Positions 9,422-19,175 are shown, numbered from the stretch's first letter. The stretch is 64,000 nt of DNA from a bacterium (GCA_035529855.1 DATKVX010000042.1:8653-72652), one strand, 5' to 3'. Program-made: numbers and translations. Notes: generated by a model from the letters alone, not told the origin.

Positions 9422-10642
9422 GTGAGTAGCCTTACTCTTAGCATATTGTTGTTAGCCGCAATCGCGGCCGGCGCGTTGTTCTCGACCGCCGAGAGCGCGT
9501 TATTTTCGCTGGGCAGCGTGCGCTTGCGGCGCATGAAGCTTCGCCGCCGACTTACGGCGCCCCTGGTGCGTTCTCTCCTGGCCCGGCCTCGCCGACTCCT
9601 CGTAACGGTGGTTGTCGGCAATATGTTTGCGCTGGCCGCGGCCGCGTCCCTCGCGACCGCGTTGGGCGTCCGCGCTCATCCGCTATACGGGCCCGTTGTG
9701 GCCGTGGCCGCCATAACGGTTATAGTGTTCGTCTTCGCCGAAACCCTCCCCAAAACTTTGGGCGTCGCCTGGCCCGAAAAAGGCGCGGCGTTCACCTCGC
9801 CCTTTATCAAGCTCGTCTTCTGGGCCTTGTACCCGTTGAACCGGGCCGCGCTGGCCTTAACCGATTTCCTGGCCGGGCGGCCGCCGCGGCGTAGTTTGGA
9901 CCCCGGCGTAGAGGATATTTACGGCCTGCTGCGGGAGAGCGAGGCCGAAGGAGTTTTAGACGACGTCGAGCGGGAAATGATCGAGAGGGTGGTGGCGTTC
10001 GCGGACCGTACGGCGGGGGAAATAGCGACCCCCCGTACGAAGATATTCGCCCTTAACGCCGATATGACCTTCCAGGAGGCGGCGCGTGCCGTAGCCGATT
10101 CGCCGTACGCCCGCGTACCGGTTTACGAAGATACGCTCGAGAACGTGATCGGTATTCTCTACGTCAAAGATATATTGTTGGCCGGCGACGAGCCGCCGCC
10201 CGCGCTCCGCGAATCCGTACGGCCTGCGTACTTCATCCCCGACAGCCAGCCCGCGGTTAACTTATTCGTAGATTTTATAAGGAACCGGACCCACATAGCG
10301 TTGGTGGTGGACGAATACGGTTCCCTTGACGGCCTGGTTACGATGACGGACGTCCTGGGGGAGATCGTCGGCGAGCCGTCGCAGCCGGTGAAGTACGTCG
10401 GCGCAGGCCGCCTTATCGTCGCCGCGGATACGGACCTCGACGATTTCAACGATTTAATAGGCGCGAACTTGCAGGACGAAGAAGCGGAGACGTTGGCCGG
10501 GTACCTGCTGAACCGGTTCGGCCGCATCCCGGCGGTCGGCGAGGAGTATCGCGAAGGCGACCTCAAATTTACGATAGAGGGCGCCGAACCGCATCGCTTA
10601 ACGGAGGTAATCGTAGAAAAAGTCCGAGGGGTGGAAAGGTAG
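9422..10642 (+). CDS. Hemolysin-family protein (DUF21-CBS-CorC_HlyC; CNNM/CorC-like Mg2+/Co2+ efflux).
   Basis: N-terminal 4-TM DUF21 domain, a CBS pair and the C-terminal transporter-associated domain; 406 aa; GTG start. Confidence 0.85.
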   Translation: MSSLTLSILLLAAIAAGALFSTAESALFSLGSVRLRRMKLRRRLTAPLVRSLLARPRRLLVTVVVGNMFALAAAASLATALGVRAHPLYGPVVAVAAITVIVFVFAETLPKTLGVAWPEKGAAFTSPFIKLVFWALYPLNRAALALTDFLAGRPPRRSLDPGVEDIYGLLRESEAEGVLDDVEREMIERVVAFADRTAGEIATPRTKIFALNADMTFQEAARAVADSPYARVPVYEDTLENVIGILYVKDILLAGDEPPPALRESVRPAYFIPDSQPAVNLFVDFIRNRTHIALVVDEYGSLDGLVTMTDVLGEIVGEPSQPVKYVGAGRLIVAADTDLDDFNDLIGANLQDEEAETLAGYLLNRFGRIPAVGEEYREGDLKFTIEGAEPHRLTEVIVEKVRGVER

Positions 10643-11884
10643 TTGTCGGTAGTATACTTAATCCTCGTAATAGTTTTAATATTCGCCGCGGGATTTTTCT
10701 CGTCGGCCGAGACCGCGGTCCTGGCGGCCAACCGCATGCGCTTGCGACACCTGGCCGCGGTAGGGAACCGCCGCGCGGCCCGCGTTTTATCGTTCTTGGA
10801 GAGACCCGGCAGCTTCCTCACGTCCATCCTGTTCGGCAACAACGTCTCGCTGGTCGTCGCGACGTCCCTCTTGACGGTGTTGGCGGCTCGGTACTCCGGC
10901 GAGGCCGCCAGCGTGGCCGTCGCGACGCTCGCGATGACGGTCCTCCTGACGGTATTCTCCGAAATTATACCCAAATCGGTCGTCCTCGAAGACGCGGATT
11001 ATTTCGCCATGTCCTTCGCGCCCGTCGTCGGTTTTTTGGAAACGTTGTTCAAACCCGTGGTGTGGGCCGCCAACGTCGTCGCCGGCGGACTGCTGGGCCG
11101 GGTGCGCGTTAGGGCGGAGCGGCTGCCGTTCGCGACCCGGGAGGAACTGCGAGCCATATTAACCTCCCGCCAACCGCGGACCAGAACCGAGGTAATGCAG
11201 CGCCGCATGATAAGGCGCATCTTCGGCTTCGGCGAGACGACGGCGGAAGATGTTATGGTGCGGCTCGCCGACGTAACCGCTTTGCCGGAAGACGCTTCAA
11301 AAAAAGACGTCGTCGCGGCGCTGGGGCGGAGCGGTTTCTCGAGCTACCCGGTCTACCGAGGTCGGCGCGAGGAGATCGTCGGCGTCGCCGTCGCCCGCGA
11401 TTTCATCGCGTTGCCCGCGGACGTTCCCGTGAAAGCCAACCTGTGGATGCCGTTGTTCGTTTCGGCCCGGGAAAGCGTAGAGACCATTTTACCGCGCCTC
11501 GCTAACCGACGGGTGGATATGGCCGTCGTCCGAAACGAAGCGGGCCGCGCCGTCGGCATGTTGACCCAGGAGGACATCGTGGAGGAGGTCGTGGGGGAGA
11601 TAGAGGACGAGTATAATTGGGGCTCGCAGGGGCTAATACGTCACGGCGAAGGTTATACCGCCGACGCGCGCCTCGCGGTAAGCTATTTCAATAAACGGAT
11701 GCCGGTACCGCTGCCGCGCGGCGATTATATTACCGTGGGCGGTTTTCTCGCCTCAGCGTTGGGACGGGTGCCCAAGTCCGGCGACGTGTACGATTGGCCG
11801 CCGTACCGTTTCCGCATTCTGAGGGCCACGCCGCGGGCGGCTCGCCTTATCAGCGTCGAGCTCTCCGGGACGGAGGGCGGGTAA
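10643..11884 (+). CDS. Hemolysin-family protein (DUF21-CBS-CorC_HlyC), tandem paralogue of the previous gene.
   Basis: Same architecture, 413 aa, starts immediately after the stop of the first copy. Confidence 0.85.
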   Translation: MSVVYLILVIVLIFAAGFFSSAETAVLAANRMRLRHLAAVGNRRAARVLSFLERPGSFLTSILFGNNVSLVVATSLLTVLAARYSGEAASVAVATLAMTVLLTVFSEIIPKSVVLEDADYFAMSFAPVVGFLETLFKPVVWAANVVAGGLLGRVRVRAERLPFATREELRAILTSRQPRTRTEVMQRRMIRRIFGFGETTAEDVMVRLADVTALPEDASKKDVVAALGRSGFSSYPVYRGRREEIVGVAVARDFIALPADVPVKANLWMPLFVSARESVETILPRLANRRVDMAVVRNEAGRAVGMLTQEDIVEEVVGEIEDEYNWGSQGLIRHGEGYTADARLAVSYFNKRMPVPLPRGDYITVGGFLASALGRVPKSGDVYDWPPYRFRILRATPRAARLISVELSGTEGG

Positions 11885-11956
11885 GGGGTTCAAAGGGGTT
11901 GCGAAAGGCAGCGGCGAACGTTATACTCCAACGAAAGGACCTGGGTCGGAATAAAT

Positions 11957-13150
11957 ATGGCGTTAAAAGGCGATCTCGAGACTATCAATCTCCCGGATAT
12001 CCTCCAGCTTCTTAGCTCGGCCAGGAAAACGGGAGCTCTTTCTATCCGGCGCGGCGCCGAAGAGAAGCGTTTATATTTCCGCGAGGGGATGCTGGTTTAC
12101 GCCTCGAGCACGGACGAGCGCGAGAAATTGGGGAGCGTCCTCGTCCGGGAAGGTCATATCGACCAAGACACCGTCGAGGGAATGAGGGCGTCGCAGAATA
12201 AGTCGGGGCGCCCGTTCGGCCTATGTCTGTTGGAACACGGTAAATTACCCCACGAAAAACTCGTCGCGGGTTTGAAGACGCAGGGCCGGATGATCATTAC
12301 CAACCTCTTCAGCTGGTGGGGTGGGGAGTTCGAGTTCCTGGAGGGCGAGCAGGCCTGGCCGGAGGAGATATCCATCGGCTTCGACGTCCAGGCGATATTA
12401 ATGGACGCCGCGGCCGCCGTCGACGAGTGGAACCGCATCAAGGAGATGCTGCCCGACCTGGACGTCGTGCTGGAAGTCGTACCCGCGCCGGCGCGGGGAA
12501 AGGAAGAGGTGAAGTTCGACGCCGAGCAATGGCACGTACTCTCGCTGGTGAACGGCCGCCGGTCGGTCGTCGACGTCGCGGCCGTCAGTAACCTCTCCGA
12601 TATCGAAACCTGCTCGGTAGCGTGCCGCTTGCTGGAAGGCGGACTCGTGCGTCCCGCGGGCGTCAAAAACAGGGAGATAACATTGTCGGCCGCGGAGACC
12701 TCGGGCGCCGCGGCCTTGCTCGAGATATACAACGAGCTCTTCGCACAGGTTATATTCCCGGTGTCGGAAGAGGCGGGGGAGGAAGCCGTCCGTAAGTTAA
12801 GCGAAGCTGCGGCGGCGAAATGCGACGCCCTGGCGCGTCTGAAAGGTTGCTGGCAGTTGCCCCAGGGCGTCCTCGGCAAACGCTGCGTCTTGAAGAACCT
12901 AATATTGGAAGACCCCGAGACGCGCGACGAAGAGCTGGCCGCATCCCTGTTCGAGTTGTTCCGGTACGAGCTTTCCCTGACGGCGAAAATCCTCAGCCGG
13001 CCCCGTCAAGCCGCGCTCATACAGGACCTGCAACCGCTCGCGGCTATGTTGCTCAAAAAACACGACTCAAAGTTGGTGGATTTGGGCGTACGGCGTGTCC
13101 TAAGCCGTTTCCTGTCGCCCACCGAAGTGTCGTATGCCGAAGCGGAATAA
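11957..13150 (+). CDS. DUF4388 domain protein (PATAN-like N-terminal domain) with a long helical C-terminal region.
   Basis: N-terminal KGDLETINLPDILQLLSSARKTGALSI matches the DUF4388 signature (GDL..F.LPDLLQLL). Its end overlaps the start of the downstream HD-GYP gene. Confidence 0.7.
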   Translation: MALKGDLETINLPDILQLLSSARKTGALSIRRGAEEKRLYFREGMLVYASSTDEREKLGSVLVREGHIDQDTVEGMRASQNKSGRPFGLCLLEHGKLPHEKLVAGLKTQGRMIITNLFSWWGGEFEFLEGEQAWPEEISIGFDVQAILMDAAAAVDEWNRIKEMLPDLDVVLEVVPAPARGKEEVKFDAEQWHVLSLVNGRRSVVDVAAVSNLSDIETCSVACRLLEGGLVRPAGVKNREITLSAAETSGAAALLEIYNELFAQVIFPVSEEAGEEAVRKLSEAAAAKCDALARLKGCWQLPQGVLGKRCVLKNLILEDPETRDEELAASLFELFRYELSLTAKILSRPRQAALIQDLQPLAAMLLKKHDSKLVDLGVRRVLSRFLSPTEVSYAEAE

Positions 13151-14261
13151 CGACGCGGCCGCGCCGCATTTGGAGTTGGCGGAGAAGCGTCTCCGCTCGC
13201 TGGTAGATATCTCCCGCTCGTTATCCAAGGAGGTAGAGCTCTCGACGCTGTTGGCGGTCGTGGCCCGCAGGACTTCGGAGGCCATAGGCGTGGAACGCAC
13301 GTCGGTGTTTTTACACGACCGCGAACGCCGCGAGCTTTGGACCGTCGTCGCCGAGGGCGAGCTGCGGGAGATCCGCATTCCCGAAGACGCCGGCATCGCC
13401 GGGTGGGTTGTGGCGCGGGGCGAACCGGCCGTCGTCTCCGACGTTACGGACGACCCCCGGTGGAACAAAGACGTCGACCGCAAAACGGGGTATACTACGA
13501 GGAATATACTCTGCGTTCCGATGGACGACGCCCAGGGCGACCGGTTGGGGGTCTTCCAATGCCTCAACCGGGCCCACGGCAGCTTCACGGAAGACGACGT
13601 GAAGTTCCTCCAGGCCATCGCGTCGCAGGCCGCCATCTACATCCAAAACGCCCGCCTCTTGGAAGCCCGCAAACGAATGTTCGACAGCCTGGTCGATACC
13701 CTCGCCGAGACCATCGAATCCCGGGACCCGCTCACCGCCGGCCACAGCCGCAGCGTCATGCGGTACGCCGTCGGCGCGGCCCAAAAACTGGGCTTGCCGG
13801 CCGCAGACGTAGAGGTGATTCGTTACGCCGCGCTACTGCACGATTACGGGAAAATCGGCGTCCCCGACCACATATTACGCAAACCGACGGCGCTGACGCC
13901 CGCGGAGTACGAGGTTATTAAAAAACACGTTCTCCACACGCAGCAGATACTGGCGCGCATCCATTTCGAGGAGCGCCTGCGCGACGTCCCGGCGGTGGCC
14001 GCCCACCACCACGAACGCCTCGACGGTTCCGGTTATCCCAAAGGGCTGTGCGGCGAAGACATATCGCCCGGCGGTAAGGTCATCGCCGTCGCCGACGTCT
14101 TCGACGCTATGACGTCCCGACGCCACTACCGCGGCCCCATAGGCGTAACCCAAGCCGTAGAGCTTATCAGCGACGGCGCCGGCACGCAATTCGACGCCGA
14201 CGTAATCGAGGCGCTAAAACGTTTTCTCGTCGAAGAGGGAAGTATCGAGGCGGACAATTAA
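13134..14261 (+). CDS. GAF-domain HD-GYP phosphodiesterase (c-di-GMP hydrolase family).
   Basis: N-terminal GAF; C-terminal HD-GYP with HDYGKIGVPD, HHHERLDGSGYPKGL and the catalytic HD. Confidence 0.85.
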   Translation: MPKRNNDAAAPHLELAEKRLRSLVDISRSLSKEVELSTLLAVVARRTSEAIGVERTSVFLHDRERRELWTVVAEGELREIRIPEDAGIAGWVVARGEPAVVSDVTDDPRWNKDVDRKTGYTTRNILCVPMDDAQGDRLGVFQCLNRAHGSFTEDDVKFLQAIASQAAIYIQNARLLEARKRMFDSLVDTLAETIESRDPLTAGHSRSVMRYAVGAAQKLGLPAADVEVIRYAALLHDYGKIGVPDHILRKPTALTPAEYEVIKKHVLHTQQILARIHFEERLRDVPAVAAHHHERLDGSGYPKGLCGEDISPGGKVIAVADVFDAMTSRRHYRGPIGVTQAVELISDGAGTQFDADVIEALKRFLVEEGSIEADN

Positions 14262-14268
14262 CGCTAAC

Positions 14269-14838
14269 ATGGATGCCAGCGTCCGGAAAGATATCGTCGA
14301 CTTACTCGAGGCGGGGGACGCCGCCGCGGCGCTCGAGCGGTGTCGCCTTTATTGGGACGAAACCGGCGGCCCGCCGCGCCGCACGTCCGGCGACGACTCG
14401 TTGCGGGAGCTCAACTGCCGGCTTACCGTTTGGGAGCAAATTGAGCTTTACGTCGGTGAAGTTAACCGGCGTCCCGATAACCCTCGCTCGTGGAAGCTTT
14501 TGGGGTACGCGTACATGTGGGCCGGGTCGTATATACCGGTACTGCTGCGGGCGGCCGAACAAGCATTACTCGCGAGTGCCGCCCGCGAAGACGACGCGGC
14601 GATGGCAGCCAACCTGGAAGAGAATATGGAGCTGTGCCGTCAGGCCCTCGCGGGCGGCGAAGATGCACGCGCCGAGATCGCCGGCGGCGAACGCCTGTTC
14701 GCCGAAACGTTCGGCGAGCTCCCGGCGGAGGTCTCTATGCCCGACCCGTTCGTCGCGGCGGGCATAGTAGGATCGGCGGCGTTGAAAGTTGCGGCCGCGG
14801 TAATCGCGCCTGACCTTTTAGATATCCTTGACCGTTGA
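14269..14838 (+). CDS. Hypothetical helical protein (TPR-like?), co-oriented 8 nt after the HD-GYP gene.
   Basis: Longest non-overlapped ORF in the region; no recognisable motif. Confidence 0.4.
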   Translation: MDASVRKDIVDLLEAGDAAAALERCRLYWDETGGPPRRTSGDDSLRELNCRLTVWEQIELYVGEVNRRPDNPRSWKLLGYAYMWAGSYIPVLLRAAEQALLASAAREDDAAMAANLEENMELCRQALAGGEDARAEIAGGERLFAETFGELPAEVSMPDPFVAAGIVGSAALKVAAAVIAPDLLDILDR

Positions 14839-14846
14839 GGTAGCCT

Positions 14847-15233
14847 ATGAACCGCAAACTGATAGGCCGATGCGGTAAATTTTGCGGCGAATGTCGGATT
14901 TATATCGCCGCGCACGCCGACGACCGCCAGGCCATCGTCGAACTCGCCCGCGAAATGGGGGTCGAGGCCGAACGGATTAATTGCGCCGGGTGCCAGGGCC
15001 CGGCCGAAACTTGTTATAACGCCCAGTGTAAGATAATCGCTTGCCTCGACGGACGGGGTTACCGTTATTGCGCGCAGTGTGCCGAAATAAACGATTGCAC
15101 CAAGTATGCGCAAAATAACATCGAGTTCGGCGGCCACCCCAAGATTTACTCCAATCAATTAAAAGCTTGGGGCGAGGAACGCTGGTTGAGGTTCCACCTC
15201 GGCGACCCGGACGAAGATACCGACGAAGATTAG
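14847..15233 (+). CDS. DUF3795 Cys-rich protein.
   Basis: CGKFCGECRIY...CAGCQGPAETC...CAQCAEINDC cysteine pattern typical of DUF3795 zinc-ribbon-like proteins. Confidence 0.6.
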   Translation: MNRKLIGRCGKFCGECRIYIAAHADDRQAIVELAREMGVEAERINCAGCQGPAETCYNAQCKIIACLDGRGYRYCAQCAEINDCTKYAQNNIEFGGHPKIYSNQLKAWGEERWLRFHLGDPDEDTDED

Positions 15234-15302
15234 CGTTAAGGAGTCGCCCGATTGGTCCGCAGCGCACACGGAAGTAAAAGGGCGGGACGGGAGATAGAGG
15301 AT

Positions 15303-15340
15303 GCCGACGCGCTCGCCAGGACCGCCGTCGGCCTTTTTTG
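15303..15340 (+). terminator. Candidate intrinsic terminator after the DUF3795 gene: GCCGAC-N18-GTCGGC followed by a T6 run.
   Basis: Inverted repeat plus TTTTTT read from the sequence; the loop is large. Confidence 0.4.
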
Positions 15341-15365
15341 CGAAGGTTACAATTGAGCCGAAGCG

Positions 15366-15746
15366 GTGGCGACCGCGGTGAGCGGTTATTTCGGCAACGG
15401 CGAAGCGTGTCTACCTCGCGTAGCAACTTGCTTCGGCGGGGGCCTGGGCCGGCGGGGCGAAATATGCGGTGCTCTCGCCGGAGCGTTGATCGCGGTCGGC
15501 TTGCGGCACGGGAGGCGCGAGGGCGAGGGCGACGAGGCGAAAGAACGGTCCTACGAACGTGCCGCGCGCGTAGTCGAGGACTTCCGCGAGCGCTTCGGCA
15601 CCATCCTGTGCCGGGAATTGATTAACGTCGACCTGAACGAACCGGAAGGGCGCGAAACCTACCGCAGCTTGAATATCCGCGACAAGTATTGCGTCGACTA
15701 CGTTACGGCCGCCGTTATGGCAGCCTATGAGGCAATCGCATCTTAA
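15366..15746 (+). CDS. C_GCAxxG_C_C family (putative redox-active) protein.
   Basis: C...CFGGGLGRRGEICGALAGALIAVG...C..C pattern. GTG start just after an in-frame TGA; N-terminally short for the family. Confidence 0.65.
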   Translation: MATAVSGYFGNGEACLPRVATCFGGGLGRRGEICGALAGALIAVGLRHGRREGEGDEAKERSYERAARVVEDFRERFGTILCRELINVDLNEPEGRETYRSLNIRDKYCVDYVTAAVMAAYEAIAS

Positions 15747-15766
15747 ACGTTACGCTTCAAGGCAAA

Positions 15767-15792
15767 TAGCCGCCGGCGGGCGGCTTTTAAAA
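15767..15792 (+). terminator. Intrinsic terminator AGCCGCC-ggcg-GGCGGCT followed by TTTTAAAA, after the C_GCAxxG gene.
   Basis: 7-bp GC stem plus T-tract 20 nt after the stop; deoA starts just downstream. Confidence 0.55.
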
Positions 15793-15794
15793 TA

Positions 15795-17090
15795 ATGGCC
15801 GGCGCGAGCTATTGGTTTAGGGATTTAATAACCCGCAAAAGGGACGGCGACGTCATCGCCGACGACGATTGGCGGCGTTTCGTCGCCGCGCTCGTCGCCC
15901 GCGAACTCCCCGACTACCAGGTTTCGGCGCTCCTTATGGCCGTATATTTCCGGGGGATGACGACCGAAGAAACGGCGGCGTTGACGGCGGCCATGGCCGC
16001 TTCGGGCGAACAGCTGGTACTCGGCGAGGGGCCGTACGTCGACAAACATTCCACCGGGGGCGTGGGGGATACGGTAACGCTCGTCGCCGTGCCCTGGGCG
16101 GCGGCGTGCGGCGCGCGGATAGCCAAGTTGTCGGGCCGCGGCCTGGGGCATACCGGCGGCACCGTCGACAAACTGGAAGCCATCCCCGGCATAAACCTAT
16201 CGCTCGGCGCCGAGGAGTTGAAAGAGCAGGCCGACCGCGTCGGGTGCGCCGTGGCCGAAGCGCAGGCTATAGCGCCTGCGGATAAAATTATCTACGCGCT
16301 CCGGGACGCTACGGCTACGGTGGAGGCGTTGCCCTTAATAGTCTCCAGCATATTGAGTAAGAAACTCGCCGGCGGCGCGCCCGCTTTCGTATTCGACGTC
16401 AAAGCCGGGAGGGGAGCTTTCGCCAAAGACGAGGATTACGCCCGCAAGCTCGGCCGCAGCTTGGTAGCCGCGGCCCGGGCATCCCGCCGCAGAGCGGTCG
16501 CCGTGATTACCGCTATGGACCAGCCGTTAGGGTACGCCGTCGGCAGCGCGCTCGAAGTCGCGGAAGCGGTCGCGACCTTGCGCGGCCAAGGCCCCGACGA
16601 CCTGCTCGAGGTCTCGGCCGCCGTCGCCGCGGAGATGCTGGTCGTGGCGGGCGTCGCCGGCCCCGAAGAAGCGCGGCGCCGTTTGGACGCGACCCTTGAG
16701 AGTGGGGAAGCTTTCGCGAAGCTCGACGAGATGGCCCGGGCCCAGGGCGCCGTTGAGGAATGGTGGACGCGATTGCCGGAGGCGACGAAAACGACCCCTA
16801 TCAAAGCCGAGCGCGGGGGGTACGTATCGCGGCTGGACGCCTTTACCGTCGCCCGGGCGGCCAACGCGTTGGGGGCGGGCCGACAGGCCAAAGAAGACGT
16901 CGTCGACCCGGCCGCCGGCGTCGTACTCCACAAGAAGGAGGGGGAGCCGGTAGCGGCCGGCGACGAGTTGATGACGCTCCACTACGACGACGACGAGCGA
17001 TTAAGTCGGGCGCTCGATTACGCCCGGGTCGCGTTCGACGTCGGCGAAAAGCCGGTACCCCGGCCGCTAATACTGGGGGTGTTGCGGTAA
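15795..17090 (+). CDS. deoA: Thymidine / pyrimidine-nucleoside phosphorylase.
   Basis: DKHSTGGVGDTVTLVA and GRGLGHTGGTVDKLE signatures; 431 aa. Confidence 0.9.
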   Translation: MAGASYWFRDLITRKRDGDVIADDDWRRFVAALVARELPDYQVSALLMAVYFRGMTTEETAALTAAMAASGEQLVLGEGPYVDKHSTGGVGDTVTLVAVPWAAACGARIAKLSGRGLGHTGGTVDKLEAIPGINLSLGAEELKEQADRVGCAVAEAQAIAPADKIIYALRDATATVEALPLIVSSILSKKLAGGAPAFVFDVKAGRGAFAKDEDYARKLGRSLVAAARASRRRAVAVITAMDQPLGYAVGSALEVAEAVATLRGQGPDDLLEVSAAVAAEMLVVAGVAGPEEARRRLDATLESGEAFAKLDEMARAQGAVEEWWTRLPEATKTTPIKAERGGYVSRLDAFTVARAANALGAGRQAKEDVVDPAAGVVLHKKEGEPVAAGDELMTLHYDDDERLSRALDYARVAFDVGEKPVPRPLILGVLR

Positions 17091-19063
17091 TGGCCGCGGC
17101 ACCCTCGCGCGCCGCGTACAGACTACGCGGCGTCCTGACCGTAGCGGTTATCGGCGGCGGCTCGCTTGCCGCGGCCTTCGCCTTCTTCTATTACCAAACG
17201 GGTCACCGCGAAGGGTTCGTCGCGCTGCTTACCCACGGCGCGCACCTCGTTCTGTTCGCCGCGCTGGCGTGGTCGGCGTACTTCGTAGGTAGGGTGGCGT
17301 CGAGATACGTATTCCGCCGGAACTCTACTTATGGGGAGATAGACGTAGCGCTGGGCTTCGTCGTCTTCGGCGCGGCCGCGTTCTTATTAGCGGCGACCCG
17401 CCTCCTTTACCCGTGGCTCGTCCGGGGCGCGGTATTACTAGTAATCGCGCTGTCGGCGCCGTTGTGGTGGCGCTGCGTCCGCGAAGCACCGGCGGCGGTG
17501 CGCGAAAAGTGGAACCGCGCGTCGGCGGGCGTCGTCGCGGTGGTCGTCGCCTCCGTACCGTTCGCCCTCGTGCTCCTGATACGAACCGGTTTACCGCCCG
17601 TCGAGTGGGACGTTTTAGTCTATCATCTGTATATACCCAAGGTCTTCGCGGAGGGCCACGGCTTCGTCTACTTACCTCACTTAGTGTACGCGTCGATGCC
17701 CCTCGGCGCGGAGATGATGTTTACGTGGGCGTACTTATGGGACGGCCTGGGCGCCGCGGCCGCCGTCGCGCCGCTCCTGAATATCCTAATGGTGATCGCG
17801 ACGTGGCGGCTGGCGCGCCGCTACCTCGACGACCTTTGGGCCGTCGCGGCCGCGGCCCTGCTGCTCTTCACGCCCAGCTTCGCGACCGCGGTCGGCTCGT
17901 CGTACGTGGATTTCGTCGTGGGCGCTTTCGCCGTGATGGCGTTGGTCGTCTATGTGAACGGCTTCCGGCGTTACGCCGACGCGGCCTTGGCGGGTGTGTT
18001 GTTGGGGGCGGCGGTGGCCGTAAAGTATACCGCGGCGTACGCGCTGATCGCGTTTCTACCCATAATCGCCGTGGACGCTATCAAACGAAAGGTCCCGCTG
18101 CGCTACGCGGCGGCGTTCCTAATAACGGCTTTCGCCGTCTTCGCGCCGTGGCTCGTCAAAGCTTTCGTCGAGCGGGGCAACCCGGTTTTCCCGGCCTTGT
18201 ACGGCGTCTTCGGCGGCCGCGACCTGTCGCCTGAGGCGGCGGCCGGGCTCCTACCGGCGCTGCGGCGTATCGGCATGGGGCGCGGCGTAGTGGATTATCT
18301 ACTCCTCCCGTACCGCGTTTCGGTCCTCGGCGGCAGCGGCTACGGCCGCTTCGCCGGCAGCTTATGGCCCTTTAGCTTCCTCGTCGTACCGTTCGCGCTG
18401 GTCTGGTTCCGGCGTTGGCGGCTGCTTACGTTTACGGTCCTCTATTTCGCCGCGTGGGCTTTTATGTCGCAACAGCTTCGCTTTTTAAGCGCGGCGTACG
18501 CGACGCTCGCGGCGTTGACGGCCGGCGTCTTCGCCGCCGCGGCCGACGCCTTCGCGGGTTCGGCGCGCGCCGTAAGCCGCTTCGCCGCGGTCGGCCTGCT
18601 ATTGACGTTGGGCTATTTACTTAACGTACCGAACATCCTGGCGGGGCTGGAGGGTTTGCGGTATTACGAGAAGGGCGGCGCCGACGCGTACGCACGCGAA
18701 AAAGCGCCCTGCTACAAGGCCGACGAATTCGTCAACGACGAGTTGCCCCAGGACGCCGTCGTACTGATGTTGTTCGACAACTGCCTTCTGTACCTCGAGC
18801 GCCCCGCGGTGTACGACTCCTTCTTGGACGCGTCGGCGACGGTGTACGATATCCAAAAACTACGGAGCCCGGCCGAAGTGGCGTCGTACGTCGAGGGCCT
18901 CGGCGCGACGCACGTTATGACCTATCGCGTCGGCGCGGCGTTCTTTTGGAATTATTACGAGCGGTCGACGCGGCGCCTGTGGGAAGCGTACCTGGCGCAG
19001 TACACGACGGCCATATACGACGACGGTTATTACGAGATACGCGCGCTCGAGCGCCGCGGGTGA
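17090..19063 (+). CDS. Polytopic membrane protein, GT-C-fold glycosyltransferase-like (ArnT/PMT-like), paralogue 1.
   Basis: ATG at 17090 overlaps the deoA stop (TAATG). The upstream 110 codons of the 767-aa ORF are Arg/Gly-rich artefact overlapping deoA. About 12 TM helices; first-loop motif PVEWDVLVYHLYIPK...ASMPLGAEMMFTWAY resembles the DE...KPPL pattern of GT-C enzymes; soluble C-terminal domain of about 180 aa. Confidence 0.6.
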   Translation: MAAAPSRAAYRLRGVLTVAVIGGGSLAAAFAFFYYQTGHREGFVALLTHGAHLVLFAALAWSAYFVGRVASRYVFRRNSTYGEIDVALGFVVFGAAAFLLAATRLLYPWLVRGAVLLVIALSAPLWWRCVREAPAAVREKWNRASAGVVAVVVASVPFALVLLIRTGLPPVEWDVLVYHLYIPKVFAEGHGFVYLPHLVYASMPLGAEMMFTWAYLWDGLGAAAAVAPLLNILMVIATWRLARRYLDDLWAVAAAALLLFTPSFATAVGSSYVDFVVGAFAVMALVVYVNGFRRYADAALAGVLLGAAVAVKYTAAYALIAFLPIIAVDAIKRKVPLRYAAAFLITAFAVFAPWLVKAFVERGNPVFPALYGVFGGRDLSPEAAAGLLPALRRIGMGRGVVDYLLLPYRVSVLGGSGYGRFAGSLWPFSFLVVPFALVWFRRWRLLTFTVLYFAAWAFMSQQLRFLSAAYATLAALTAGVFAAAADAFAGSARAVSRFAAVGLLLTLGYLLNVPNILAGLEGLRYYEKGGADAYAREKAPCYKADEFVNDELPQDAVVLMLFDNCLLYLERPAVYDSFLDASATVYDIQKLRSPAEVASYVEGLGATHVMTYRVGAAFFWNYYERSTRRLWEAYLAQYTTAIYDDGYYEIRALERRG

Positions 19064-19134
19064 GACGCGGCGTTCCGAGTCGAGAAGGGCCGCGGGATGT
19101 GCGCCGCGGCCGCGACATTATAAACTTAAGACCC

Positions 19135-19156
19135 GCCCGCTTCGCCGTAAGCGGGC
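19135..19156 (+). terminator. Perfect 8-bp hairpin (GCCCGCTT-cgccgt-AAGCGGGC) 70 nt downstream of GT-C paralogue 1; no U-tract.
   Basis: Inverted repeat read directly from the sequence; intrinsic terminators lacking a T-tract occur in high-GC genomes. Confidence 0.35.
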
Positions 19157-19175
19157 CGCGCCGCGCTGAAGGAGC

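Noticed and set aside
16760-19063. A 767-aa ORF fusing the 3' end of deoA with the GT-C membrane protein.
   Set aside because: The first roughly 110 codons are Arg/Gly/Pro-rich low complexity in an alternative frame of deoA (GC-frame artefact). A clean ATG at 17090 overlapping the deoA stop gives a protein co-linear with its paralogue at 19257.
19101-19116. GCGGCCGC-type palindromes (NotI-like), considered as operator sites.
   Set aside because: Such GC palindromes recur by chance throughout this GC-rich sequence.
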